From NCBI GenBank assembly GCA_964016885.1, contig OZ024740.1, positions 40,114,001-40,178,000 of the forward strand: a stretch of 64,000 nucleotides of DNA, given 5' to 3'. This document shows positions 1 through 15,000 of the stretch, piece after piece; position 1 is the stretch's first letter; each line of letters starts with the position of its first letter. The notes under the pieces are model-generated. The model saw nothing but the letters and a program-made list of their open reading frames with translations. It made no database searches and was not told the DNA's origin. This DNA comes from Eledone cirrhosa (Eukaryota). A program made the position numbers and the translations under genes.

Positions 1-3000
1 GACACTGTTCTATCATTGACACTGTTCTATCATTACCACTGGGTTCTATCATTACCACTGTTCTATCATTGACACTGTTCGATCATTGACACTGTTCTAT
101 CATTACCACTGTGTTCTATCATTGACACTGTTCTATCAATGACACTGTTCTATCATTGACACTGTTCTATCATTACCACTGTGTTCTATCATTGACACTG
201 ATCTATCATTACCACTGTGTTCTATCATTGACACTGTTCTATCATTGACACTGTTCTATCATTACCACTGTGTTCTATCATTACCACTGTTCTATCATTG
301 ACACTGTTCTATCATTACCACTGTGTTCTATCATTGACACTGTTCTATCATTGACACTGTTCTATCATTGACACTGTTCTATCATTACCACTGTGTTCTA
401 TCATTGACACTGTTCTATCATTGACACTGTTCTATCATTACCACTATGTTCTATCATTGACACTGTTCTATCATTACCACTGTGTTCTATCATTGACACT
501 GTTCTATCATTACCACTGTTCTATCATTGACACTGTTCTATCATTACCACTGTGTTCTATCATTGACACTGTTCTATCATTACCACTATGTTCTATCATT
601 GACACTGTTCTATCATTAACACTGTGCTCTATCATTGACACTGTTCTATCATTGACACTGTTCTATCATTACCACTATGTTCTATCATTGACACTGTTCT
701 ATCATTACCACTGTGTTCTATCATTACCACTGTTCTATCATTGACACTGTTCTATCATTACCACTGTATTCTATCATTGAATCTGTTCTATCATTACCAC
801 TGTGTTCTATCATTGACACTGTTCTATCATTACAACTGTGCTCTAACATTGACACTGTTCTATCATTGACACTGTTCTATCATTACCACTGTTCTATCAT
901 TGACACTGTTCTATCATTACCACTATGTTCTATCATTGACACTGTTCTATCATTAACACTGTTCTATCATTACCACTGTGTTCTATCATTGACACTGTTC
1001 TATCATTGCCACTGTTCTATCATTGACACTGTTCTATCATTACCACTATGTTCTATCATTGACACTGTTCTATCATTGACACTGTTCTATCATTACCACT
1101 GTGTTCTATCATTGACACTGTTCTATCATTGACACTGTTCTATCATTGACACTGTTCTATCATTACCACTGTGTTCTATCATTGACACTGTTCTATCATT
1201 ACCACTGTGTTCTATCATTACCACTGTTCTATCATTGACACTGTTCTATCATTGACACTGTGTTCTATCATTGACACTGTTCTATCATTACCACTGTGTT
1301 CTATCATTGACACTGTTCTATCATTGACACTGTTCTATCATTACCACTGTTTTCTATCATTGACACTGTTCTATCATTGACACTGTTCTATCATTACCAC
1401 TATGTTCTATCATTGACACTGTTCTATCATTGACACTGTTCTATCATTACCACTGTGTTCTATCATTGAGACTGTTCTATCATTGACACTGTTCTATCAT
1501 TGACACTGTTCTATCATTACCACTGGGTTCTATCATTACCACTGTTCTATCATTGACACTGTTCTATCATTGACACTGTTCTATCATTACCACTGTGTTC
1601 TATCATTGACACTGTTCTATCACTGACACTGTTCTATCATTGACACTGTTCTATCATTACCACTGTGTTCTATCATTGACACTGTTCTATCATTACCACT
1701 GTGTTCTATCATTGACACTGTTCTATCATTGACACTGTTCTATCATTACCACTGTTCTATCATTGACACTGTTCTATCATTACCACTGGGTTCTATCATT
1801 ACCACTGTTCTATCATTGATACTGTTCTATCATTGACACTGTTCTATCATTACCACTGTGTTCTATCATTGACACTGTTCTATCACTGACACTGTTCTAT
1901 CATTGACACTGTTCTATCATTACCACTGTGTTCTATCATTGACACTGTTCTATCATTACCACTGTGTTCTATCATTGACACTGTTCTATCATTGACACTG
2001 TTCTATCATTACCACTGTTCTATCATTGACACTGTTCTATCATTACCACTGGGTTCTATCATTACCACTGTTCTATCATTGACACTGTTCTATCATTACC
2101 ACTGTGTTCTATCATTGACACTGTTCTATCACTGACACTGTTCTATCATTGACACTGTTCTATCATTACTACTGTGTTCTATCATTGACACTGTTCTATC
2201 ATTGACACTGTTCTATCATTGACACTGTTCTATCATTACCACTGTGTTCTATCATTACCACTGTGTTCTATCATTGACACTGTTCTATCATTACCACTGG
2301 GTTCTATCATTACCACTGTTCTATCATTGACACTGTTCTATCATTGACACTGTTCTATCATTACCACTGTGTTCTATCATTACCACTGTGTTCTATCATT
2401 GACACTGTTCTATCATTACCACTGTGTTCTATCATTACCACTGTTCTATCATTGATACTGTTCTATCATTGACACTGATCTATCATTACCACTGTGTTCT
2501 ATCATTGACACTGTTCTATCATTGACACTGTTCTATCATTACCACTGTGTTCTATCATTACCACTGTTCTATCATTGACACTGTTCTATCATTACCACTG
2601 TGTTCTATCATTGACACTGTTCTATCATTACCACTGGGTTCTATCATTACCACTGTTCTATCATTGACACTGTTCTATCATTGACACTGTTCTATCATTA
2701 CCACTGTGTTCTATCATTACCACTGTGTTCTATCATTGACACTGTTCTATCATTACCACTGGGTTCTATCATTACCACTGTTCTATCATTGACACTGTTC
2801 TATCATTGACACTGTTCTATCATTGACACTGTTCTATCATTACCACTGTTCTATCATTGACACTGTTCTATCATTACCACTGGGTTCTATCATTACCACT
2901 GTTCTATCATTGATACTGTTCTATCATTGACACTGATCTATCATTACCACTGTGTTCTATCATTGACACTGTTCTATCATTGACACTGTTCTATCATTAC

Positions 3001-6000
3001 CACTGTGTTCTATCATTACCACTGTTCTATCATTGACACTGTTCTATCATTACCACTGTGTTCTATCATTGACACTGTTCTATCATTGACACTGTTCTAT
3101 CATTGACACTGTTCTATCATTACCACTGTGTTCTATCATTGACACTGTTCTATCATTACCACTGTGTTCTATCATTGACACTGTTCTATCATTACCACTA
3201 TGTTCTATCATTGACACTGTTCTATCATTACCACTGTGTTCTATCATTGACACTGTTCTATCATTACCACTGTTCTATCATTGACACTGTTCTATCATTA
3301 CCACTGTGTTCTATCATTGACACTGTTCTATCATTACCACTATGTTCTATCATTGACACTGTTCTATCATTAACACTGTGCTCTATCATTGACACTGTTC
3401 TATCATTGACACTGTTCTATCATTACCACTATGTTCTATCATTGACACTGTTCTATCATTACCACTGTGTTCTATCATTACCACTGTTCTATCATTGACA
3501 CTGTTCTATCATTACCACTGTGTTCTATCATTGAATCTGTTCTATCATTACCACTGTGTTCTATCATTGACACTGTTCTATCATTACAACTGTGCTCTAA
3601 CATTGACACTGTTCTATCATTGACACTGTTCTATCATTACCACTGTTCTATCATTGACACTGTTCTATCATTACCACTATGTTCTATCATTGACACTGTT
3701 CTATCATTAACACTGTTCTATCATTACCACTGTGTTCTATCATTGACACTGTTCTATCATTGCCACTGTTCTATCATTGACACTGTTCTATCATTACCAC
3801 TATGTTCTATCATTGACACTGTTCTATCATTGACACTGTTCTATCATTACCACTGTGTTCTATCATTGACACTGTTCTATCATTGACACTGTTCTATCAT
3901 TGACACTGTTCTATCATTACCACTGTGTTCTATCATTGACACTGTTCTATCATTACCACTGTGTTCTATCATTACCACTGTTCTATCATTGACACTGTGT
4001 TCTATCATTGACACTGTTCTATCATTACCACTGTGTTCTATCATTGACACTGTGTTCTATCATTGACACTGTTCTATCATTACCACTGTGTTCTATCATT
4101 GACACTGTTCTATCATTGACACTGTTCTATCATTACCACTGTTTTCTATCATTGACACTGTTCTATCATTGACACTGTTCTATCATTACCACTATGTTCT
4201 ATCATTGACACTGTTCTATCATTGACACTGTTCTATCATTACCACTGTGTTCTATCATTGAGACTGTTCTATCATTGACACTGTTCTATCATTGACACTG
4301 TTCTATCATTACCACTGGGTTCTATCATTACCACTGTTCTATCATTGACACTGTTCTATCATTGACACTGTTCTATCATTACCACTGTGTTCTATCATTG
4401 ACACTGTTCTATCACTGACACTGTTCTATCATTGACACTGTTCTATCATTACCACTGTGTTCTATCATTGACACTGTTCTATCATTACCACTGTGTTCTA
4501 TCATTGACACTGTTCTATCATTGACACTGTTCTATCATTACCACTGTTCTATCATTGACACTGTTCTATCATTACCACTGGGTTCTATCATTACCACTGT
4601 TCTATCATTGATACTGTTCTATCATTGACACTGTTCTATCATTACCACTGTGTTCTATCATTGACACTGTTCTATCACTGACACTGTTCTATCATTGACA
4701 CTGTTCTATCATTACCACTGTGTTCTATCATTGACACTGTTCTATCATTACCACTGTGTTCTATCATTGACACTGTTCTATCATTGACACTGTTCTATCA
4801 TTACCACTGTTCTATCATTGACACTGTTCTATCATTACCACTGGGTTCTATCATTACCACTGTTCTATCATTGACACTGTTCTATCATTACCACTGTGTT
4901 CTATCATTGACACTGTTCTATCACTGACACTGTTCTATCATTGACACTGTTCTATCATTACCACTGTGTTCTATCATTGACACTGTTCTATCATTGACAC
5001 TGTTCTATCATTGACACTGTTCTATCATTACCACTGTGTTCTATCATTACCACTGTGTTCTATCATTGACACTGTTCTATCATTACCACTGGGTTCTATC
5101 ATTGACACTGTTCTATCATTGACACTGTTCTATCATTACCACTGTGTTCTATCATTACCACTGTGTTCTATCATTGACACTGTTCTATCATTACCACTGT
5201 GTTCTATCATTACCACTGTTCTATCATTGACACTGTTCTATCATTACCACTGTGTTCTATCATTACCACTGTTCTATCATTACCACTGTGTTCTATCATT
5301 GACACTGTTCTATCATTACCACTGTGTTCTATCATTGACACTGTTCTATCATTACCACTGTTCTATCATTGACACTGTTCTATCATTACCACTGTGTTCT
5401 ATCATTGACACTGTTCTATCATTGGCACTGTTCTATCATTACCACTGTGTTCTATCATTGACATTGTTCTATCATTGGCACTGTTCTATCATTACCACTG
5501 TGTTCTATCATTGACATTGTTCTATCATTGACACTGTATTGTATCATTGACATTGTTCTATCATTACCACTGTGTTCTATCATTACCACTGTGTTCTATC
5601 ATTGACACTGTTCTATCATTACCACTGTGTTCTATCATTGACATTGGTCTATCATTGACACTGTTCTATCATTACCACTGTGTTCTATCATTGACACTGT
5701 TCTATCATTACCACTGTGTTCTATCATTGACACTGTTCTATCATTACCACTGTGTTCTATCATTGACATTGTTCTATCATTGGCACTGTTCTATCATTAC
5801 CACTGTGTTCTATCATTGACACTGTTCTATCATTACCACTGTGTTCTATCATTACCACTGTTCTATCATTGACACTGTTCTATCATTACCACTGTGTTCT
5901 ATCATTGACACTGTTCTATCATTACCACTGTGTTCTATCATTACCACTGTTCTATCATTGACACTGTTCTATCATTGACACTGTTCTATCATTGACACTG

Positions 6001-9000
6001 TTCTATCATTACCACTATGTTCTATCATTGACACTGTTCTATCATTACCACTTTGTTCTATCATTGACACTGTTCTATCATTACCACTGTGTTCTATCAT
6101 TGACACTGTTCTATCATTACCACTGTTCTATCATTGACACTGTTCTATCATTGACACTGTTCTATCATTGGCACTGTTCTATCATTACCACTGTGTTCTA
6201 TCATTGACACTGTTCTATCATTACCACTGTGTTCTATCATTACCACTGTTCTATCATTGACACTGTTCTATCATTGACACTGTTCTATCATTACCACTAT
6301 GTTCTATCATTGACACTGTTCTATCATTACCACTTTGTTCTATCATTGACACTGTTCTATCATTACCACTGTGTTCTATCATTGACACTGTTCTATCATT
6401 ACCACTGTTCTATCATTGACACTGTTCTATCATTACCACTGTGTTCTATCATTGACACTGTTCTATCATTACCACTATGTTCTATCATTGACACTGTTCT
6501 ATCATTACCACTGTGTTCTATCATTGACACTGTTCTATCATTACCACTGTTCTATCATTACCACTATGTTCTATCATTGACACTGTTCTATCATTACCAC
6601 TGTGTTCTATCATTGACACTGTTCTATCATTACCACTGTTCTATCATTGACACTGTTCTATCATTACCACTGTGTTCTATCATTGACACTGTTCTATCAT
6701 TGACACTGTTCTATCATTACCACTATGTTCTATCATTGACACTGTTCTATCATTAACACTGTGCTCTATCATTGACACTGTTCTATCATTGACACTGTTC
6801 TATCATTACCACTATGTTCTATCATTGACACTGTTCTATCATTACCACTGTGTTCTATCATTACCACTGTTCTATCATTGACACTGTTCTATCATTACCA
6901 CTGTGTTCTATCATTGAAACTGTTCTATCATTACCACTGTGTTCTATCATTGACACTGTTCTATCATTACCACTGTGCTCTATCATTGACACTGTTCTAT
7001 CATTGACACTGTTCTATCATTACCACTGTTCTATCAATGACACTGTTCTATCATTACCACTATGTTCTATCATTACCACTATGTTCTATCATTGACACTG
7101 TTCTATCATTGACACTGTTCTATCATTACCACTGTGTTCTATCATTGACACTGTGTTCTATCATTGACACTGTTCTATCATTACCACTGTGTTCTATCAT
7201 TGACACTGTTCTATCATTACCACTGTTCTATCATTGACACTGTTCTATCATTACCACTGTGTTCTATCATGGACACTGTTCTATCATTACCACTGTGTTC
7301 TATCATTGACACTGTTCTATCATTACCACTATGTTCTATCATTGACACTGTTCTATCATTACCACTGTGTTCTATCATTGACACTGTTCTATCATTACCA
7401 CTGTTCTATCATTGACACTGTTCTATCATTACCACTGTGTTCTATCATTGAAACTGTTCTATCATTACCACTGTGTTCTATCATTGACACTGTTCTATCA
7501 TTACCACTGTGCTCTATCATTGACACTGTTCTATCATTGACACTGTTCTATCATTAACACTGTGCTCTATCATTGACACTGTTCTATCATTGACACTGTT
7601 CTATCATTACCACTGTGTTCTATCATTACCACTGTTCTATCATTGACACTGTTCTATCATTACCACTGTGTTCTATCATTGACACTGTTCTATCATTACC
7701 ACTGTGCTCTATCATTGACACTGTTCTATCATTGACACTGTTCTATCATTACCACTGTTCTATCATTGACACTGTTCTATCATTACCACTGTGTTCTATC
7801 ATTGACACTGTTCTATCATTGACACTGTTCTATCATTACCACTGTGTTCTATCATTGACACTGTTCTATCATTGACACTGTTCTATCATTACCACTATGT
7901 TCTATCATTGACACTGTTCTATCATTGACACTGTTCTATCATTACCACTGTGTTCTATCATTGACACTGTTCTATCATTACCACTGTGTTCTATCATTGA
8001 CACTGTTCTATCATTGACGCTGTTCTATCATTGACACTGTTCTATCATTACCACTGTGTTCTATCATTGACACTGTTCTATCACTGACACTGTTCTATCA
8101 TTGACACTGTTCTATCATTGACACTGTTCTATCATTACCACTGGGTTCTATCATTACCACTGTTCTATCATTGACACTGTTCGATCATTGACACTGTTCT
8201 ATCATTACCACTGTGTTCTATCATTGACACTGTTCTATCAATGACACTGTTCTATCATTGACACTGTTCTATCATTACCACTGTGTTCTATCATTGACAC
8301 TGATCTATCATTACCACTGTGTTCTATCATTGACACTGTTCTATCATTGACACTGTTCTATCATTACCACTGTGTTCTATCATTACCACTGTTCTATCAT
8401 TGACACTGTTCTATCATTACCACTGTGTTCTATCATTGACACTGTTCTATCATTGACACTGTTCTATCATTGACACTGTTCTATCATTACCACTGTGTTC
8501 TATCATTGACACTGTTCTATCATTACCACTGTGTTCTATCATTGACACTGTTCTATCATTACCACTATGTTCTATCATTGACACTGTTCTATCATTACCA
8601 CTGTGTTCTATCATTGACACTGTTCTATCATTACCACTGTTCTATCATTGACACTGTTCTATCATTACCACTGTGTTCTATCATTGACACTGTTCTATCA
8701 TTACCACTATGTTCTATCATTGACACTGTTCTATCATTAACACTGTGCTCTATCATTGACACTGTTCTATCATTGACACTGTTCTATCATTACCACTATG
8801 TTCTATCATTGACACTGTTCTATCATTACCACTGTGTTCTATCATTACCACTGTTCTATCATTGACACTGTTCTATCATTACCACTGTGTTCTATCATTG
8901 AATTTGTTCTATCATTACCACTGTGTTCTATCATTGACACTGTTCTATCATTACAACTGTGCTCTAACATTGACACTGTTCTATCATTGACACTGTTCTA

Positions 9001-12000
9001 TCATTACCACTGTTCTATCATTGACACTGTTCTATCATTACCACTATGTTCTATCATTGACACTGTTCTATCATTAACACTGTTCTATCATTACCACTGT
9101 GTTCTATCATTGACACTGTTCTATCATTGACACTGTTCTATCATTGACACTGTTCTATCATTACCACTATGTTCTATCATTGACACTGTTCTATCATTGA
9201 CACTGTTCTATCATTACCACTGTGTTCTATCATTGACACTGTTCTATCATTGACACTGTTCTATCATTGACACTGTTCTATCATTACCACTGTGTTCTAT
9301 CATTGACACTGTTCTATCATTACCACTGTGTTCTATCATTACCACTGTTCTATCATTGACACTGTTCTATCATTGACACTGTGTTCTATCATTGACACTG
9401 TTCTATCATTACCACTGTGTTCTATCATTGACACTGTTCTATCATTGACACTGTTCTATCATTACCACTGTGTTCTATCATTGACACTGTTCTATCATTG
9501 ACACTGTTCTATCATTACCACTATGTTCTATCATTGACACTGTTCTATCATTGACACTGTTCTATCATTACCACTGTGTTCTATCATTGAGACTGTTCTA
9601 TCATTGACACTGTTCTATCATTGACACTGTTCTATCATTACCACTGGGTTCTATCATTACCACTGTTCTATCATTGACACTGTTCTATCATTGACACTGT
9701 TCTATCATTACCACTGTGTTCTATCATTGACACTGTTCTATCACTGACACTGTTCTATCATTGACACTGTTCTATCATTACCACTGTGTTCTATCATTGA
9801 CACTGTTCTATCATTACCACTGTGTTCTATCATTGACACTGTTCTATCATTGACACTGCTCTATCATTACCACTGTTCTATCATTGACACTGTTCTATCA
9901 TTACCACTGGGTTCTATCATTACCACTGTTCTATCATTGATACTGTTCTATCATTGACACTGTTCTATCATTACCACTGTGTTCTATCATTGACACTGTT
10001 CTATCACTGACACTGTTCTATCATTGACACTGTTCTATTATTACCACTGTGTTCTATCATTGACACTGTTCTATCATTACCACTGTGTTCTATCATTGAC
10101 ACTGTTCTATCATTGACACTGTTCTATCATTACCACTGTTCTATCATTGACACTGTTCTATCATTACCACTGGGTTCTATCATTACCACTGTTCTATCAT
10201 TGACACTGTTCTATCATTACCACTGTGTTCTATCATTGACACTGTTCTATCACTGACACTGTTCTATCATTGACACTGTTCTATCATTACCACTGTGTTC
10301 TATCATTGACACTGTTCTATCATTGACACTGTTCTATCATTGACACTGTTCTATCATTACCACTGTGTTCTATCATTACCACTGTGTTCTATCATTGACA
10401 CTGTTCTATCATTACCACTGGGTTCTATCATTACCACTGTTCTATCATTGACACTGTTCTATCATTGACACTGTTCTATCATTACCACTGTGTTCTATCA
10501 TTACCACTGTGTTCTATCATTGACACTGTTCTATCATTACCACTGTGTTCTATCATTACCACTGTTCTATCATTGACACTGTTCTATCATTACCACTGTG
10601 TTCTATCATTACCACTGTTCTATCATTACCACTGTGTTCTATCATTGACACTGTTCTATCATTACCACTGTTCTATCATTGACACTGTTCTATCATTACC
10701 ACTGGGTTCTATCATTGACACTGTTCTATCATTACCACTGTGTTCTATCATTACCACTGTGTTCTATCATTGACACTGTTCTATCATTACCACTGTTCTA
10801 TCATTGACACTGTTCTATCATTACCACTGTTCTATCATTGACACTGTTCTATCATTACCACTGTTCTATCATTGACACTGTTCTATCATTACCACTGTTC
10901 TATCATTGACACTGTTCTATCACTGACACTGTTCTATCATTACCACTGTTCTATCATTGACACTGTGCTCTATCATTGACACTGTGCTCTATCATTGACA
11001 CTGTGTTCTATCATTGACACTGTTCTATCATTACCACTGTTCTATCATTGACACTGTTCTATCATTACCACTGTGTTCTATCATTGACACTGTTCTATCA
11101 TTACCACTATGTTCTATCATTGACACTGTTCTATCATTACCACTGTGCTCTATCATTGACACTGTTCTATCATTGACACTGTTCTATCATTACCACTATG
11201 TTCTATCATTGACACTGTTCTATTATTACCACTGTGTTCTATCATTACCACTGTTCTATCATTGACACTGTTCTATCATTACCACTGTGTTCTATCATGG
11301 ACACTGTTCTATCATTACCACTGTGCTCTATCATTGACACTGTTCTATTATTGACACTGTTCTATCATTACCACTGTTCTATCATTGACACTGTTCTATC
11401 ATTACCACTATGTTCTATCATTGACACTGTTCTATCATTGACACTGTTCGATCATTGACACTGTTCTATCATTACCACTGTGTTCTATCATTGACATTGT
11501 TCTATCATTGGCACTGTTCTATCATTACCACTGTGTTCTATCATTGACACTGTTCTATCATTACCACTGTTCTATCATTGACACTGTTCTATCATTACCA
11601 CTGTGTTCTATCATTGACACTGTTCTATCATTGACGCTGTTCTATCATTACCACTATGTTCTATCATTGACACTGTTCTATCATTACCACTGTGTTCTAT
11701 CATTGACACTGTTCTATCATTACCACTGTGTTCTATCATTGACACTGTTCTATCATTGACACTGTTCTATCATTACCACTGTGTTCTATCATTGACACTG
11801 TTCTATCATTACCACTATGTTCTATCATTGACACTGTTCTATCATTACCACTGTGTTCTATCATTGACACTGTTCTATCATTACCACTGTTCTATCATTA
11901 CCACTATGTTCTATCATTGACACTGTTCTATCATTACCACTGTGTTCTATCATTGACACTGTTCTATCATTACCACTGTTCTATCATTGACACTGTTCTA

Positions 12001-15000
12001 TCATTACCACTGTGTTCTATCATTGACACTGTTCTATCATTAACACTGTGCTCTATCATTGACACTGTTCTCTATCATTGACACTGTTCTATCATTACCA
12101 CTATGTTCTATCATTGACACTGTTCTATCATTACCACTGTGTTCTATCATTACCACTGTTCTATCATTGACACTGTTCTATCATTACCACTGTGTTCTAT
12201 CATTGAAACTGTTCTATCATTACCACTGTGTTCTATCATTGACACTGTTCTATCATTACCACTGTGCTCTATCATTGACACTGTTCTATCATTGACACTG
12301 TTCTATCATTGACACTGTTCTATCATTACCACTATGTTCTATCATTGACACTGTTCTATCATTGACACTGTTCTATCATTACCACTGTGTTCTATCATTG
12401 ACACTGTTCTATCATTGACACTGTTCTATCATTGACACTGTTCTATCATTACCACTGTGTTCTATCATTGACACTGTTCTATCATTACCACTGTGTTCTA
12501 TCATTACCACTGTTCTATCATTGACACTGTTCTATCATTGACACTGTGTTCTATCATTGACACTGTTCTATTATTACCACTGTGTTCTATCATTGACACT
12601 GTTCTATCATTGACACTGTTCTATCATTACCACTGTGTTCTATCATTGACACTGTTCTATCATTGACACTGTTCTATCATTACCACTATGTTCTATCATT
12701 GACACTGTTCTATCATTGACACTGTTCTATCATTACCACTGTGTTCTATCATTGAGACTGTTCTATCATTGACACTGTTCTATCATTGACACTGTTCTAT
12801 CATTACCACTGGGTTCTATCATTACCACTGTTCTATCATTGACACTGTTCTATCATTACCACTGTGTTCTATCATTGACACTGTTCTATCACTGACACTG
12901 TTCTATCATTGACACTGTTCTATCATTACCACTGTGTTCTATCATTGACACTGTTCTATCATTACCACTGTGTTCTATCATTGACACTGTTCTATCATTG
13001 ACACTGTTCTATCATTGACACTGTTCTATCATTACCACTGGGTTCTATCATTACCACTGTTCTATCATTGATACTGTTCTATCATTGACACTGTTCTATC
13101 ATTACCACTGTGTTCTATCATTGACACTGTTCTATCACTGACACTGTTCTATCATTGACACTGTTCTATCATTACCACTGTGTTCTATCATTGACACTGT
13201 TCTATCATTACCACTGTGTTCTATCATTGACACTGTTCTATCATTGACACTGTTCTATCATTACCACTGTTCTATCATTGACACTGTTCTATCATTACCA
13301 CTGGGTTCTATCATTACCACTGTTCTATCATTGACACTGTTCTATCATTTCCAGTGTTCTATCATTGACACTGTTCTATCACTGACACTGTTCTATCATT
13401 GACACTGTTCTATCATTACCACTGTGTTCTATCATTGACACTGTTCTATCATTGACACTGTTCTATCATTACCACTGTGTTCTATCATTGACACTGTTCT
13501 ATCATTACCACTGGGTTCTATCATTACCACTGTTCTATCATTGACACTGTTCTATCATTGACACTGTTCTATCATTGACACTGTTCTATCATTACCACTG
13601 TGTTCTATCATTACCACTGTGTTCTATCATTGACACTGTTCTATCATTACCACTGTGTTCTATCATTACCACTGTTCTATCATTGACACTGTTCTATCAT
13701 TACCACTGTGTTCTATCATTACCACTGTTCTATCATTACCACTGTGTTCTATCATTGACACTGTTCTATCATTACCACTGTGTTCTATCATTGACACTGT
13801 TCTATCATTACCACTGTTCTATCATTGACACTGTTCTATCATTACCACTGGGTTCTATCATTGACACTGTTCTATCATTACCACTGTTTTCTATCATTAC
13901 CACTGTGTTCTATCATTGACACTGTTCTATCATTACCACTGTTCTATCATTACCACTGTTCTATCATTGACACTGTTCTATCATTACCACTGTTCTATCA
14001 TTGACACTGTTCTATCATTACCACTGTTCTATCATTGACACTGTTCTATCATTACCACTGTTCTATCATTGACACTGTTCTATCACTGACACTGTTCTAT
14101 CATTACCTCTGTTCTATCATTGACACTGTGCTCTATCATTGACACTGTGCTCTATCATTGACACTGTTCTATCATTACCACTGTTCTATCATTGACACTG
14201 TTCTATCATTACCACTGTGTTTTATCATTGACAATGTTCTATCATTACTACTATGTTCTATCATTGACACTGTTCTATCATTACCACTGTGCTCTATCAT
14301 TGACACTGTTCTATCATTACCACTATGTTCTATCCTTGACACTGTTCTATTATTACCACTGTGTTCTATCATTAACACTGTTCTATCATTGACACTGTTC
14401 TATCATTACCACTGTGTTCTATCATTGACACTGTTCTATCATTACCACTGTGTTCTATCATGGACACTGTTCTATCATTACCACTGTGCTCTATCATTGA
14501 CACTGTTCTATCATTGACACTGTTCTATCATTACCACTGTTCTATCATTGACACTGTTCTATCATTACCACTATGTTCTATCATTGACACTGTTCTATCA
14601 TTGACACTGTTCTATCATTACCACTGTCTTCTATCATTGACATTGTTCTATCATTGGCACTGTTCTATCATTACCACTGTGTTCTATCATTGACACTGTT
14701 CTATCATTACCACTGTGTTCTATCATTACCACTGTTCTATCATTGACACTGTTCTATCATTACCACTGTGTTCTATCATTGACACTGTTCTATCATTGAC
14801 ACTGTTCTATCATTGACGCTGTTCTATCATTACCACTATGTTCTATCATTGACACTGTTCTATCATTACCACTGTGTTCTATCATTGACACTGTTCTATC
14901 ATTACCACTGTGTTCTATCATTGACACTGTTCTATCATTACCACTGTTCTATCATTGACACTGTTCTATCATTACCACTGTGTTCTATCATTGACACTGT

